From the sequence record SRR31156797_2770: a stretch of DNA of 64,000 bases, one strand, 5' to 3'. A program made the position numbers and the translations under genes. The notes below the pieces were generated by a model, which saw nothing but the letters and a program-made list of their open reading frames with translations, did no database searches and was not told the DNA's origin. Below, in pieces: positions 54,320-63,555 of this stretch. Every line of letters begins with the position of its first letter. Position 1 is the first letter of the stretch.

Positions 54320-54373
54320 AGAGTATCAAATGAATATAAGGTTTGTGTTGTCAACGTGTAAAGATTTCGTTAA
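54320..54373 (-). promoter_or_regulatory. PhoP-type promoter upstream of phnD
   Basis: Minus strand TTAACG-N5-TTTACA-N5-ACAACA-N5-CTTATA-N9-TACTCT. Confidence 0.55.
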
Positions 54374-54569
54374 TCGCAAAAGGAACTTTGTGAACAACAA
54401 AGCATGGATATACTCGTAATTCTTACCCTAAGTGCACAAAATTTCTTGAAAAATCTAGCCAGAAAATGACGGCACACTTTTTGGACCGGAAAAACACCAA
54501 TAAAAAAAGCAGAGAATCCCCTTAAGAACCTCTGCCTTTGACCTCATTTTTTACTGTAGAAAGAGTCAT

Positions 54570-55034
54570 TTACCCTTGATCCGTTGGCAGCTGCAACAAG
54601 AGTACATGCTCGTTATCAATCATTTCACCTGTCAAGACAAAGCCGTTTCGTTCGTAAAGCTTTGTTGCGATCTCGTTGCCATCTACAGCGGAGATCCTTA
54701 ATTCTTGCGCTTGGATATGGGTTTTGAACCAATCTAACCCAGCAAGAAACGCCTGACTGCCTAACCCTTGATTTTGGAATTTTTCTGCGATCATAAACCG
54801 CTCGATCCACCACGAAGCTTTTGGATAATCCTCATCCGCTTCGTAAAAACTAAATAAGAGAAAGCCGACCATATCCTCACCATTGTAGAGGGCAAATGCC
54901 TGACGTGGTTCCTCATAGATCGCCTCTAACATTGAGTACCAATTGGGCGCAACAAAATCTTCTTGCTCCTTCGTTGTCTTCAAATTCATGCACGCACGAT
55001 AGTTTTCCTTCGTGATTTCTTTTAATTGAATCAT
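54570..55034 (-). CDS. GNAT acetyltransferase (BltD/spermidine acetyltransferase-like)
   Basis: QEDFVAPN, RFMIAEKFQNQGLG, LYERNGF. Confidence 0.8.
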   Translation of the reverse strand: MIQLKEITKENYRACMNLKTTKEQEDFVAPNWYSMLEAIYEEPRQAFALYNGEDMVGFLLFSFYEADEDYPKASWWIERFMIAEKFQNQGLGSQAFLAGLDWFKTHIQAQELRISAVDGNEIATKLYERNGFVLTGEMIDNEHVLLLQLPTDQG

Positions 55035-55143
55035 TGCTTCACTCCTTATCTAAGCCATTATAAATAACTATTTTGTTAAAACGGTTTCATTGGTGTATAA
55101 AAAAACACCCAGGTTACTTTTACGTAATCTGGATGTCATTTTC

Positions 55144-55437
55144 TTATGCTTCTTGCGCTACTGGATAAACAGATACTTGTTTTTTGTCGCGGCCTTTACG
55201 TTCGAAACGAACAACGCCGTCAACTTTTGCAAACAATGTATCATCTCCACCGATACCTACGTTTACCCCTGGGTAAATTTTAGTACCGCGTTGGCGATAA
55301 AGGATTGATCCGCCTGAAACGGTTTGACCGTCAGCACGTTTCGCACCTAAACGTTTTGATTGAGAGTCACGTCCGTTAGAAGTAGAACCCCCACCTTTTT
55401 TGTGAGCGAAGAATTGCAAATTCATTTTCATCAACAT
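55144..55437 (-). CDS. rpmA: 50S ribosomal protein L27 with Prp-cleaved N-terminal extension
   Basis: [28 protein letters not shown] at 55437 after GGAGG. Confidence 0.97.
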   Translation of the reverse strand: MLMKMNLQFFAHKKGGGSTSNGRDSQSKRLGAKRADGQTVSGGSILYRQRGTKIYPGVNVGIGGDDTLFAKVDGVVRFERKGRDKKQVSVYPVAQEA

Positions 55438-55449
55438 GAGATGCACCTC

Positions 55450-55794
55450 CTAGTTTTCTTTAGTAGTTTTGATTTGGATATAATCGTTGTACTCTTCTTG
55501 AACTGATTGCAAGCCGATCAACAAATTTTCTAAAAGAATTTGTGCGATATTCGACTGCTCTTGGGTCAAACGAGAAGGTAGCGTGACTAATAAGTACCCA
55601 CCATTTTCGTTATCTGCTTCAACTTTTGGCGCAACGCCAGCCAAAGCATCGATCCCATTGACTGCACTGATCGCTAAAGCGGATGCTGCAGCACAGACGA
55701 TGTCTTTGCCGTATTCTCCTGCTTGTGCGTGTCCAGCTAGTTCAAAAGAAACAATCCGACCAGAGTCATTTCGTTTGAATGTCCCTTTGATCAT
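55450..55794 (-). CDS. prp: Ribosomal-processing cysteine protease
   Basis: GHA...G.DIVCAA between rplU and rpmA. Confidence 0.93.
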   Translation of the reverse strand: MIKGTFKRNDSGRIVSFELAGHAQAGEYGKDIVCAAASALAISAVNGIDALAGVAPKVEADNENGGYLLVTLPSRLTQEQSNIAQILLENLLIGLQSVQEEYNDYIQIKTTKEN

Positions 55795-55820
55795 ATTCGT
55801 TACCCTGCTTTTCGTAAGAA

Positions 55821-56129
55821 TTAAGCGTTGATCGCGTCAATAACAACTTTTGTGTAAGGTTGACGGTGACCTTGTTTACGGTGTGAATGTTTTTTAGGTT
55901 TGTATTTGAAAGTTACGACTTTCTTTTGTTTGCCGTGTTTTTCAACAGTTCCTTCAACAGTTGCTCCTGCAACGATTGGGGCACCCACTTTTGTTGATTC
56001 GCCACCTACTAAGATAACTTCATCAAAAGTAACCTTTTGTCCAGCTTCAACGTCTAATTTTTCAACGTAGATTGCTTGACCCACTTCAACTTTTACTTGT
56101 TTCCCACCAGTTTTGATAATTGCGTACAT
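55821..56129 (-). CDS. rplU: 50S ribosomal protein L21
   Basis: [18 protein letters not shown]. Confidence 0.98.
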   Translation of the reverse strand: MYAIIKTGGKQVKVEVGQAIYVEKLDVEAGQKVTFDEVILVGGESTKVGAPIVAGATVEGTVEKHGKQKKVVTFKYKPKKHSHRKQGHRQPYTKVVIDAINA

Positions 56130-56157
56130 GCTCTACAGCACCTCCTTATAATATACT

Positions 56158-56236
56158 TAGACTCGCCATCCCAAGTGACTTTCGTACTTACTACTTGTTC
56201 TGTGCGGTTGTAGCTGTGGAGTCCACAATTACAACA
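56158..56236 (-). ncRNA. L21 leader (cis-regulatory RNA)
   Basis: 5' UTR of rplU with GACTC...AGCTAC...GGCGAGTCT pairing, downstream of TTGACT-N17-TAAAGT (56242-56270). Confidence 0.7.
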
Positions 56237-56388
56237 GATTAACTTTATCAAAATGTTTTCCTAAAGTCAATCACTAATTAAGGAAAAGACAGAATTCTTT
56301 TGCTACTAGTCATTTCCTTTTGTGCATTTTTTATTTTCTATTACTATAGAAGAAAGAGCACAAGCGAAACAGAATGGGAGGAGTTTTC

Positions 56389-57042
56389 ATGCAATACCCC
56401 AAAGAATTAGCCACTGCCGTTCAACAGGCATCCCGCAGTTATCCGTTGGAAGGATTTGTTCCAGGTCAAGGACCGCTGCAGCCCAAATTGATGATCGTTG
56501 GTGAAGCCCCTGGTCGAACCGAAATCGAGAATTTTATTCCTTTTAGCGGACAAGCAGGAAAAGAATTGATGAAATCGTTGGCTTTAGCCGGTTTGACCCG
56601 TGAGGATGTCTACATCACCAGCGCTGTCCGCAGCCGTCCATATTCCGTCAAAGAACGAATCAACAAGCGCAGCGGTGCCCATGAGATCGTCCATCCCAAT
56701 CGGACACCTACCAAAAAGGAAGTCTTGCTACACGCACCACTGCTTGACTACGAGTTGTCCATCGTGGATCCGCCCGTCATTGCAACTGTTGGCAATATCG
56801 GACTACAGCGATTATTAGGCAACGCCTATTATATCAAAGACCACCATGGCGAAGTGATCCGTTCCAAAATTCAAGAAAGCAATCCGACAAAGGATGGCTA
56901 TCAATGGTCGGAAAAAGAATATCTGATCGTGCCGATGTATCATCCCGCTGCGATCTTTTATAATCGGACGTTGACTCCGCAAATCGAAGCTGATTGGCGA
57001 GGGTTAAGAAACATTCTTTCACAAATACCAGCCGACGAATAA
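56389..57042 (+). CDS. Uracil-DNA glycosylase superfamily protein (family-4-like, no cysteines)
   Basis: VGEAPG, PFSGQAG, YHPAA; ATG at 56389 after GGAGGAG. Confidence 0.82.
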   Translation: MQYPKELATAVQQASRSYPLEGFVPGQGPLQPKLMIVGEAPGRTEIENFIPFSGQAGKELMKSLALAGLTREDVYITSAVRSRPYSVKERINKRSGAHEIVHPNRTPTKKEVLLHAPLLDYELSIVDPPVIATVGNIGLQRLLGNAYYIKDHHGEVIRSKIQESNPTKDGYQWSEKEYLIVPMYHPAAIFYNRTLTPQIEADWRGLRNILSQIPADE

Positions 57043-57059
57043 CGACCAGTCCCCTAGCC

Positions 57060-57647
57060 CTACTGCCAATACGCTGGAATCGTCTGCTCATAGGCGGTGA
57101 TTTTCGCCTCTTCCTGCAAGGTGATACTGATCTCATCGAGACCGTGGATCAATTTGTGTTTCCAGGTAGCATCGATTGCAAAGAAATGCTCCTCCCCGGC
57201 AACGATCACACATTGCCTCGGCAAGTCGATGCTGATTTTTTCAGAAGCAGGCAGCGAGGCGATCCTTTGGCGAACAGTCAAAGGCAGCTCGATGGGCAGC
57301 AGCCCGTTTTTGGTGGCATTCATATAGAAAATATCACCGAAGCTGCCAGCAATCACGGCTTTAAAGCCGTAATCCAACAGCGCCCATGCCGCATGCTCTC
57401 GAGAAGAGCCAGAACCAAAATTATCACCAGTGACGAGGACTTGAGCGGTCTGATATGCTGGATCATTCAAGATAAATGCTGGATTAGGCTTGCGTTGCGG
57501 CAAATAGCGCCAATCGTCAAATAAAAATTCGCCAAACCCCGTTTTTTCAACGCGCTTCAAATAATTTTTCGGTAGGATTTGATCGGTATCGATATTGTCA
57601 TTCATCAAAGGCAGCGTCGTACCTTCAAATTGCGTAAAAGCTTCCAT
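57060..57647 (-). CDS. leuD: 3-isopropylmalate dehydratase small subunit
   Basis: [26 protein letters not shown]. Confidence 0.96.
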   Translation of the reverse strand: MEAFTQFEGTTLPLMNDNIDTDQILPKNYLKRVEKTGFGEFLFDDWRYLPQRKPNPAFILNDPAYQTAQVLVTGDNFGSGSSREHAAWALLDYGFKAVIAGSFGDIFYMNATKNGLLPIELPLTVRQRIASLPASEKISIDLPRQCVIVAGEEHFFAIDATWKHKLIHGLDEISITLQEEAKITAYEQTIPAYWQ

Positions 57648-59029
57648 TAACCAACACCTCCAACCACTTCTCGTACATCGACAAAACGCCCATGAATCGC
57701 AGCTGCTGCCGCCATTGCTGGACTACAAAGGTGCGTCCGAGCGTTTTTCCCTTGCCGTCCAACAAAATTGCGGTTTGACGTGGAGGCACAGTGGACGCCT
57801 TCTGGTACTTTATCAGGATTCATTCCTAGGCACATGGAACAGCCAGGCTCCCGCCATTCAAAACCAGCCTCAATAAAGACTTTGTCTAAACCGATAGCTT
57901 CCGCTGCTTTACGAACAGGGCGTGAACCAGGAACGATAATGCCAGTGACCCCTTCTTTGATGGTCTGACCTTTCAAAATCGCCGCTGCTTCTTGCAGATC
58001 AGACAAACGACCATTGGTACACGATCCGATAAAGATGTATTCGATGGGGATATCGGCAGCCGTCTGTCCGGGGTGCAGTGCCATATATTCATAGGCTTGC
58101 TGATCATTGTGATCTCGCACTTCAGGAAACGTTTCGCTGACCGGTACTCCCATTTCTGGATTGGTGCCCCAAGTGATGTAAGGTTCTAAGGTTGCTGCGT
58201 CTAAGGTGATCAGGGCATCATAGTTGGCACCTTCATCGGTATACAGGGTTTCCCAATCCGTCACCGCACTGGCAAACGCTTGTGGCGCAAAGCGTCGATC
58301 CTTCACATAAGCAAAGGTCGTTTCATCAGGTGCGATCAAGCCCATTTTCGCCCCACCTTCGATCGACATATTGCAAATGGTCATGCGCTCTTCCATCGTC
58401 AGGTTGCGGATCGTTTCGCCAAAGAATTCTACGGCATAGCCACCACCAAAATCTGTGCCATGCGTCGCGATCAATGCCAAAATAATATCTTTGGCGTACA
58501 CCCCCGGCTGCAGCTGACCGGTGATCTCAACTCCCATGCGTTTCGGTTTTGTCTGCCAAATCGTCTGTGTCGCAAAGACATGCTCCACTTCACTCGTACC
58601 GATCCCAAATGCGATCGCGCCGAAAGCACCATGGGTGGCAGTATGGGAATCACCGCAAACGATCGTTTTTCCTGGTTGGGTCAAGCCTACTTCTGGGCCA
58701 ACCATATGGACAATTCCTTGGTTGGCAGAGCCATTGTCACACAATTCGATCCCAAAATCATGACAGTTTTTACGTAACGTATCCATTTGCTTTTTTGCAA
58801 CCAGATCGGTGATGGTAAAAATATCTTTGGTAGGCACATTATGATCCATTGTTGCGAAGGTTTTTTCGGGACAGCGAACTGTCCGTCCCGCTTGCCGCAA
58901 GCCTTCGAAGGCTTGCGGCGTCGTCACTTCATGGATCATATGCAGATCGACATAAAGCAGCTGCGCCTGCCCTTCTTCTCCTGTGATCACATGCTGATCC
59001 CATAGTTTATCAAACAGCGTTTTCCCCAT
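57647..59029 (-). CDS. leuC: 3-isopropylmalate dehydratase large subunit
   Basis: [29 protein letters not shown]. Confidence 0.97.
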   Translation of the reverse strand: MGKTLFDKLWDQHVITGEEGQAQLLYVDLHMIHEVTTPQAFEGLRQAGRTVRCPEKTFATMDHNVPTKDIFTITDLVAKKQMDTLRKNCHDFGIELCDNGSANQGIVHMVGPEVGLTQPGKTIVCGDSHTATHGAFGAIAFGIGTSEVEHVFATQTIWQTKPKRMGVEITGQLQPGVYAKDIILALIATHGTDFGGGYAVEFFGETIRNLTMEERMTICNMSIEGGAKMGLIAPDETTFAYVKDRRFAPQAFASAVTDWETLYTDEGANYDALITLDAATLEPYITWGTNPEMGVPVSETFPEVRDHNDQQAYEYMALHPGQTAADIPIEYIFIGSCTNGRLSDLQEAAAILKGQTIKEGVTGIIVPGSRPVRKAAEAIGLDKVFIEAGFEWREPGCSMCLGMNPDKVPEGVHCASTSNRNFVGRQGKNARTHLCSPAMAAAAAIHGRFVDVREVVGGVG

Positions 59030-60074
59030 AATTGCTCACTCCTAACTGTGCAATAACCGCTTCTGTAAAGGCAGTTGTCGTTGCCGTCCCACCTAAATCA
59101 CGCGTCAAGATCCCCGCATTCATTACCTCATAACACGCACTTTCGATGGTATCTGCCAGCTGTTCCTCTTGAAAGGACTCTCTTAGCATCATCACGACAG
59201 ACAAAATCATGGAAACCGGATTGGCACAATTTTGCCTAGCAATTTCCGGTGCCGAGCCATGGATCGGTTCATATAAAGAAACCCCTTCTGCACCATGGCT
59301 TGCGCTTGGTAGCACCCCTAATGACCCCGGCAAAACCGAGGCTTCATCACTTAAAATGTCGCCAAAGAGATTTTCGGTCACGATTACATCAAAGTCTTTG
59401 GGATTTTGGATGATTTTCATAGCGGCGGAATCAACATATTGATGAGTCAACTGACAATCCGGGAATTCCTGTGCCGTTTCTTCCGCTAATCGGCGCCAAA
59501 GCCGGCTAGTCGCCAACACATTTGCTTTATCGACAGAGAGAACCCGCTTCTTCCGCGTACGGGCGATCTCAAAGGCTTTACGCAAAATCCGTCGAATCTC
59601 TGCTTGGTGATAATGATTGATGTCGTAGGCTTCTTCAGGTTTTTCTGCTTTTTCGCCAAAATAGATACCGCCAGTCAACTCACGAACGATGACAAAATCT
59701 GTCCCTCGAAGGATCGTTTCTTTGATGGAAGACAAAGCAATCACCGCATCAACTACTTTGATGGGTCGAATATTGGCGTATAGACCTAACGCTTGACGCA
59801 GATTCAAAAGTCCTTTCTCGGGTGTTGTCGGTGCGTTTTCCCAAGCTGGATCACCGATGGCTCCTAAAAGGATCGCATCCGCCTGCTGGCAAGCTTGTAG
59901 TGTTTCTTGCGGCAATGGCTCTCCAGTAAGTGCCAGCGCCGCCCCACCAAATGGCCGCTGGTCAAAATGAAAGCGTTGGAGATGGTTCGGACAAGCCGCT
60001 TTCAATACCGCAAGGGCACTGTCCATAATTTCTGGTCCGATGCCATCTCCTGCTAAAACCACGATCTTTTTCAA
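59010..60074 (-). CDS. leuB: 3-isopropylmalate dehydrogenase
   Basis: [43 protein letters not shown] start. Confidence 0.96.
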   Translation of the reverse strand: MKKIVVLAGDGIGPEIMDSALAVLKAACPNHLQRFHFDQRPFGGAALALTGEPLPQETLQACQQADAILLGAIGDPAWENAPTTPEKGLLNLRQALGLYANIRPIKVVDAVIALSSIKETILRGTDFVIVRELTGGIYFGEKAEKPEEAYDINHYHQAEIRRILRKAFEIARTRKKRVLSVDKANVLATSRLWRRLAEETAQEFPDCQLTHQYVDSAAMKIIQNPKDFDVIVTENLFGDILSDEASVLPGSLGVLPSASHGAEGVSLYEPIHGSAPEIARQNCANPVSMILSVVMMLRESFQEEQLADTIESACYEVMNAGILTRDLGGTATTTAFTEAVIAQLGVSNYGENAV

Positions 60075-61591
60075 ACAAGGACACCTCGATTCTTTAGAGC
60101 TGCGCTAGCCTGTACATATGCTTTGGCTGACGCCTGCAAGACATCAAAGTCTAAGCCGATCCCGCTGATTTTTTCATTGGTTTCCTGGCATTCAATGACC
60201 ACGTGCACTTCCGCTTGCGCATCTTCCCCACTGGTCAAGGCAGTGATCTCATAATTCAACAACTTCGGCTGCTGCTGGAAAATCTGATCGATCGAGTTGT
60301 AGATAGCTTGGATACTGCCGGCACCGATGGCTGATGCCACTTGTTTTTCCTCGTCTTTGATGATAGAAACCACTGCTCCTTGATGGCCATTGGACACGTA
60401 TTGCAGCTGAACGGCGTCCAACTCGCAGCCGCCTTCTTGGCTGCGGCCTTGATCAGCCACCAAAGCCAGCAAATCTTGTTCGGTTACTTGCTTCTTTTTA
60501 TCTGCCAATTCTTTGAAGCGTTTAAACAATTCGTTGGTTTCTTCTTGGTCAAACTGGTAGCCCAGTTGCTGCATTTTATCGACAAACGCATGGCGGCCAG
60601 AAAGTTTGCCTAAAGGCAACGAGTTGGTTTCTACCCCCACCAACTGTGGGGTAATAATTTCGTAGGTCTCAGGATTTTTCAAGACGCCATCTTGATGAAT
60701 CCCTGATTCATGGGCATAAGCATTGCCTCCGACGATCGCTTTGTTTTTCGGTACCGTGATTCCTGACAAACGTGCCACCAGATCGCTGGTGCGTTTTGTT
60801 TCGTTTAATTTGATGTTGGAGGTAGCCTGATAGAAATCATTGCGAATATGCAACGCCAAGGCCACTTCTTCTAATGAAGTATTGCCAGCTCGTTCGCCGA
60901 TCCCGTTGATCGTTCCTTCCACCCGATCAGCACCATTTTCAATAGCCGCCAGCGCATTGGCTGTCGCCATTCCCAAGTCATCATGACAATGGGAAGAAAA
61001 AGTGATCTGCTGCTCGCTTTTGATATTGGCGATCAAATAGGCAAAAAGCGCTCCATATTCCGTAGGATTGGTAAACCCTACTGTATCGGGCACATTGATG
61101 ATCGTCGCGCCGGCATCAATCGCTGTTTGAACCGCCTCAAGCAAGAAGGCTTTATCAGTGCGGGTGGCATCTTCTGGCGAGAATTGAACTTTTTCAAAGC
61201 GTTCACGGGCATAAGCCACATGTTCTTTGATGGAAGCGAGTACTTCTGCTTTCGTCATATTCAGCTTGTACTGGCGATGCACCTTGCTCGTTGCTAGAAA
61301 GACATGGATCTGTGGATCGACGGCTTGATAAAGAGCTTCATAGGCACGATCAATGTCTTTTTTCTGACAACGGGCAAGTCCTGCAACGGTCATTTTCGTC
61401 ACCGCCCCAGCAATCGCTTTGACTGCTTGAAAATCTCCTTCTGATGCAATCGGAAAACCTGCTTCGATCGTATCGATGCCCCATTTTTCTAATTGCAGCG
61501 CCAGTTGAATCTTCTCTTTCGTATTAAAGTTGACTCCCGGGGTCTGTTCACCGTCTCGCAATGTCGTATCAAAAAACTGGATTTTTCTCAT
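60071..61591 (-). CDS. leuA: 2-isopropylmalate synthase
   Basis: [31 protein letters not shown]; start ATG 61591 or GTG 61594. Confidence 0.97.
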   Translation of the reverse strand: MRKIQFFDTTLRDGEQTPGVNFNTKEKIQLALQLEKWGIDTIEAGFPIASEGDFQAVKAIAGAVTKMTVAGLARCQKKDIDRAYEALYQAVDPQIHVFLATSKVHRQYKLNMTKAEVLASIKEHVAYARERFEKVQFSPEDATRTDKAFLLEAVQTAIDAGATIINVPDTVGFTNPTEYGALFAYLIANIKSEQQITFSSHCHDDLGMATANALAAIENGADRVEGTINGIGERAGNTSLEEVALALHIRNDFYQATSNIKLNETKRTSDLVARLSGITVPKNKAIVGGNAYAHESGIHQDGVLKNPETYEIITPQLVGVETNSLPLGKLSGRHAFVDKMQQLGYQFDQEETNELFKRFKELADKKKQVTEQDLLALVADQGRSQEGGCELDAVQLQYVSNGHQGAVVSIIKDEEKQVASAIGAGSIQAIYNSIDQIFQQQPKLLNYEITALTSGEDAQAEVHVVIECQETNEKISGIGLDFDVLQASAKAYVQASAALKNRGVLV

Positions 61592-61665
61592 CACTATTTC
61601 CTCCTTAGCAGTGGTAGGAGCACGCTTGGCGCGACCTCATTCAAACACAATTGAAAAAATGGTAT

Positions 61666-61704
61666 AAAAAAAGCACTCCATAAAGGGTTTCCTTCATGCA
61701 ATGC
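61666..61704 (-). terminator. Attenuator terminator in the leu leader
   Basis: Minus strand GCATTGCATGAAGG-AAAC-CCTTTATGGAGTGC-TTTTTTT, about 75 nt upstream of leuA. Confidence 0.8.
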
Positions 61705-61759
61705 GAATAGGACTCTTCAAATGATGCCTTAAAAAAGGCGGGTCATAGAAAAAGAGTCC

Positions 61760-61810
61760 TTACGATAATAATAATAAAAATGCAGCTGTTTGTTTCAATC
61801 GTTTATCCAT
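61760..61810 (-). CDS. leu operon leader peptide MDKRLKQTAAFLLLLS
   Basis: RBS AGGTGA; ATG GAT AAA CGA TTG AAA CAA ACA GCT GCA TTT TTA TTA TTA TTA TCG TAA; lies between promoter and terminator. Confidence 0.8.
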   Translation of the reverse strand: MDKRLKQTAAFLLLLS

Positions 61811-61844
61811 CGTCGTCACCTATCACTTTTTTTATCTTGTTATG

Positions 61845-61874
61845 AAGATACCAAACAGCAGGTTCCTCTGTCAA
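61845..61874 (-). promoter_or_regulatory. SigA promoter of the leu leader
   Basis: TTGACA-N18-TATCTT with extended -10 TG. Confidence 0.65.
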
Positions 61875-61886
61875 CACTTTTCCCTG

Positions 61887-61901
61887 AATTTTCTGAATAT
61901 T
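61887..61901. promoter_or_regulatory. Putative CodY box upstream of the leu promoter
   Basis: AATTTTCTGAATATT, 14/15 to consensus. Confidence 0.7.
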
Positions 61902-61958
61902 TCGATAAAAAGTTCGTTTTTGTCCTGTTGATGGGTTGCTTTTCTTCTTGATGAAAAT

Positions 61959-62023
61959 TTAAGCAGAACCTGACGAGATCTTCACAGGATTTTAACCAAA
62001 CCTCCACATAACACCGTTATGAT
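61959..62023 (+). promoter_or_regulatory. OmpR/PhoP-type repeat promoter
   Basis: TTAAGC-N5-CTGACG-N5-TTCACA-N5-TTAACC-N5-TCCACA-N9-TATGAT. Confidence 0.55.
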
Positions 62024-62029
62024 AGAAAT

Positions 62030-62084
62030 ATCCCAAAAATATTTTTCACCCCTTTATCCTGCCAGTCTTATGACTGGTTTTTTT
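62030..62084 (+). ncRNA. Candidate ~55-nt C-rich small RNA
   Basis: Lies between the -10 (62018) and terminator CCAGTC-TTAT-GACTGG-T7; contains TCCC, CACCCCTTT, TCCT; no ORF. Confidence 0.5.
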
Positions 62085-62166
62085 GTTGTTCCAAAGACTC
62101 GAAAAGATTGAACTTAAGGTGAGTTATTCGTATAATAGGGGACAGCGATAAATTAGGAGGATGAAG

Positions 62167-62865
62167 ATGCGCAACGAAATGATGCATCGTCCAGTAGTCA
62201 AACCAGAACTAGTGGCGTTTATGCGTGAAAAACAAAAACAATTACCCGGCGAACTTGGTGAAATCGAGCAAGCCGCTCATAAAAAAGAAGTGCCAATCAT
62301 CCCACATGAAACAGTGGTCTTTTTGCAGTTTTTATTAGGACAACTCCAGCCAAAAGAAATCCTTGAGATCGGCACAGCGATCGGTTTTTCTTCAAGCTTG
62401 ATGGCGCAATGTGTGAAAGATGGTCATGTCACAACGATCGATCGCTTTGACGTCATGATCCGCAAAGCCAAAGAAACTTACGCTCGCTTAGGAAATGAAG
62501 AAAAAATCACGCTATTAGAAGGACAAGCGGCAGACGTTCTACCTACATTGAGTGGCCCTTATGATTTTATCTTCATGGACAGCGCCAAATCAAAATACAT
62601 TGAATTTTTACCAGAATGTCTGCGTCTATTACGCAAAGGCGGTGTGCTGATGGTGGATGACGTATTTCAAGCTGGAACGATTCTACACCCCATCGAAGAA
62701 ATCCCTCGTAACCAGCGAGCGATCCATCGCAAATTGAATCTTTTCTTGGATACCGTGATGAACCATCCTCAGCTGACCTCCACGCTTGTCCCTTTAGGAG
62801 ATGGTGTGATTCTCATTACGAAAGAAGCAGATAGCGTAATTCTTGAGGAACCTGAGAAAGGTTGA
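62167..62865 (+). CDS. O-methyltransferase, YrrM/TrmR-like
   Basis: VPII, LEIGTAIGFS, DFIFMDSAK, GDG; ATG at 62167 after AGGAGG; own -10 TATAAT upstream. Confidence 0.85.
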   Translation: MRNEMMHRPVVKPELVAFMREKQKQLPGELGEIEQAAHKKEVPIIPHETVVFLQFLLGQLQPKEILEIGTAIGFSSSLMAQCVKDGHVTTIDRFDVMIRKAKETYARLGNEEKITLLEGQAADVLPTLSGPYDFIFMDSAKSKYIEFLPECLRLLRKGGVLMVDDVFQAGTILHPIEEIPRNQRAIHRKLNLFLDTVMNHPQLTSTLVPLGDGVILITKEADSVILEEPEKG

Positions 62866-62919
62866 GGGCAGCTGCGCTTCCTTTTTTCAAAGAAAAAATA
62901 AGAAAAGGGCGAAAAGCGA

Positions 62920-62948
62920 TTGACATTGCTGCGCCCTTTTTCTATAAT
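62920..62948 (+). promoter_or_regulatory. Consensus SigA promoter of the tRNA gene
   Basis: TTGACA-N17-TATAAT. Confidence 0.85.
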
Positions 62949-63010
62949 GTTATTTGTTGCTGATTGATTTCAACAGCTTAGGCGAAGTGAGCATTCGCTG
63001 AAATTTATTT

Positions 63011-63084
63011 GTTCCAGTAGCTCAGCCGGATAGAGCATTCGCCTTCTAAGCGAACGGTCGGGGGTTCGAATCCCTCCTGGAACG
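63011..63084 (+). tRNA. tRNA-Arg (anticodon UCU), CCA not encoded
   Basis: Acceptor GTTCCAG/CTGGAAC, anticodon arm TTCGC-CTTCTAA-GCGAA, GTTCGAATC T-loop. Confidence 0.97.
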
Positions 63085-63190
63085 TTATTTAACCGTCGAG
63101 AACCCTTGTTCTTGGCGGTTTTTGTTTGTTCTTGTGCCAAATGTGTGCCAAATTGATCTAATTTTTTTGCCATAGCAATTTGGTGACTAA
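63085..63190 (-). pseudogene. Probable 3' remnant of a tyrosine integrase with att-arm repeats
   Basis: Minus-strand frame SHQIAMAKKLDQFGTHLAQ runs into the tRNA 3' end; direct repeats TGTGCCAAAT at 63133 and 63144. Confidence 0.45.
63091..63127 (+). terminator. Terminator after the tRNA
   Basis: AACCGTCGAGAAC-CCTT-GTTCTTGGCGGTT + T-rich tail. Confidence 0.7.
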
Positions 63191-63555
63191 TCAACAGCCT
63201 GTTCCCTTCCTCATCACAAAGCAATCAAACGATCGCTTCCCATCCGCTTCAATCTTCAGCAAATTTCTTTCATTGGCATCATCGTTTCCGTATTTATTCT
63301 AATTGTCAGCAATTTCTCTCCGTAAAATACTCATTCTCTAGTTAAATGATACCTCGCCGTTTTATTTAGTAGACACTGTTCTAACAAACGAAGACTTGGC
63401 TTTGCCTGTATGATCGATGAGATCTATAAATCGTTCCATTTAAACAGCTTAGTTTCTTCAATTTCACAATTCCAAGAAATATCTGATTTACTTAACTCGA
63501 TGCCGTCATGCTATACTTATTAGCTAATAATCTAATTTATTAAAGGAGACGAACT

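Noticed and set aside
54164-54361. 65-aa plus-strand ORF upstream of phnD
   Set aside because: No RBS; overlaps operator and promoter motifs
55408-55437. N-terminal extension on L27
   Set aside because: Known Firmicute Prp cleavage system
57400-57425. LeuD NFGSGSS instead of NFGCGSS as loss of function
   Set aside because: This position varies among LeuD proteins; the cluster cysteines are in LeuC and are intact
62970-63224. 84-aa minus-strand ORF as a real gene
   Set aside because: Largely antisense to tRNA-Arg; only the middle part is kept as a possible integrase relic
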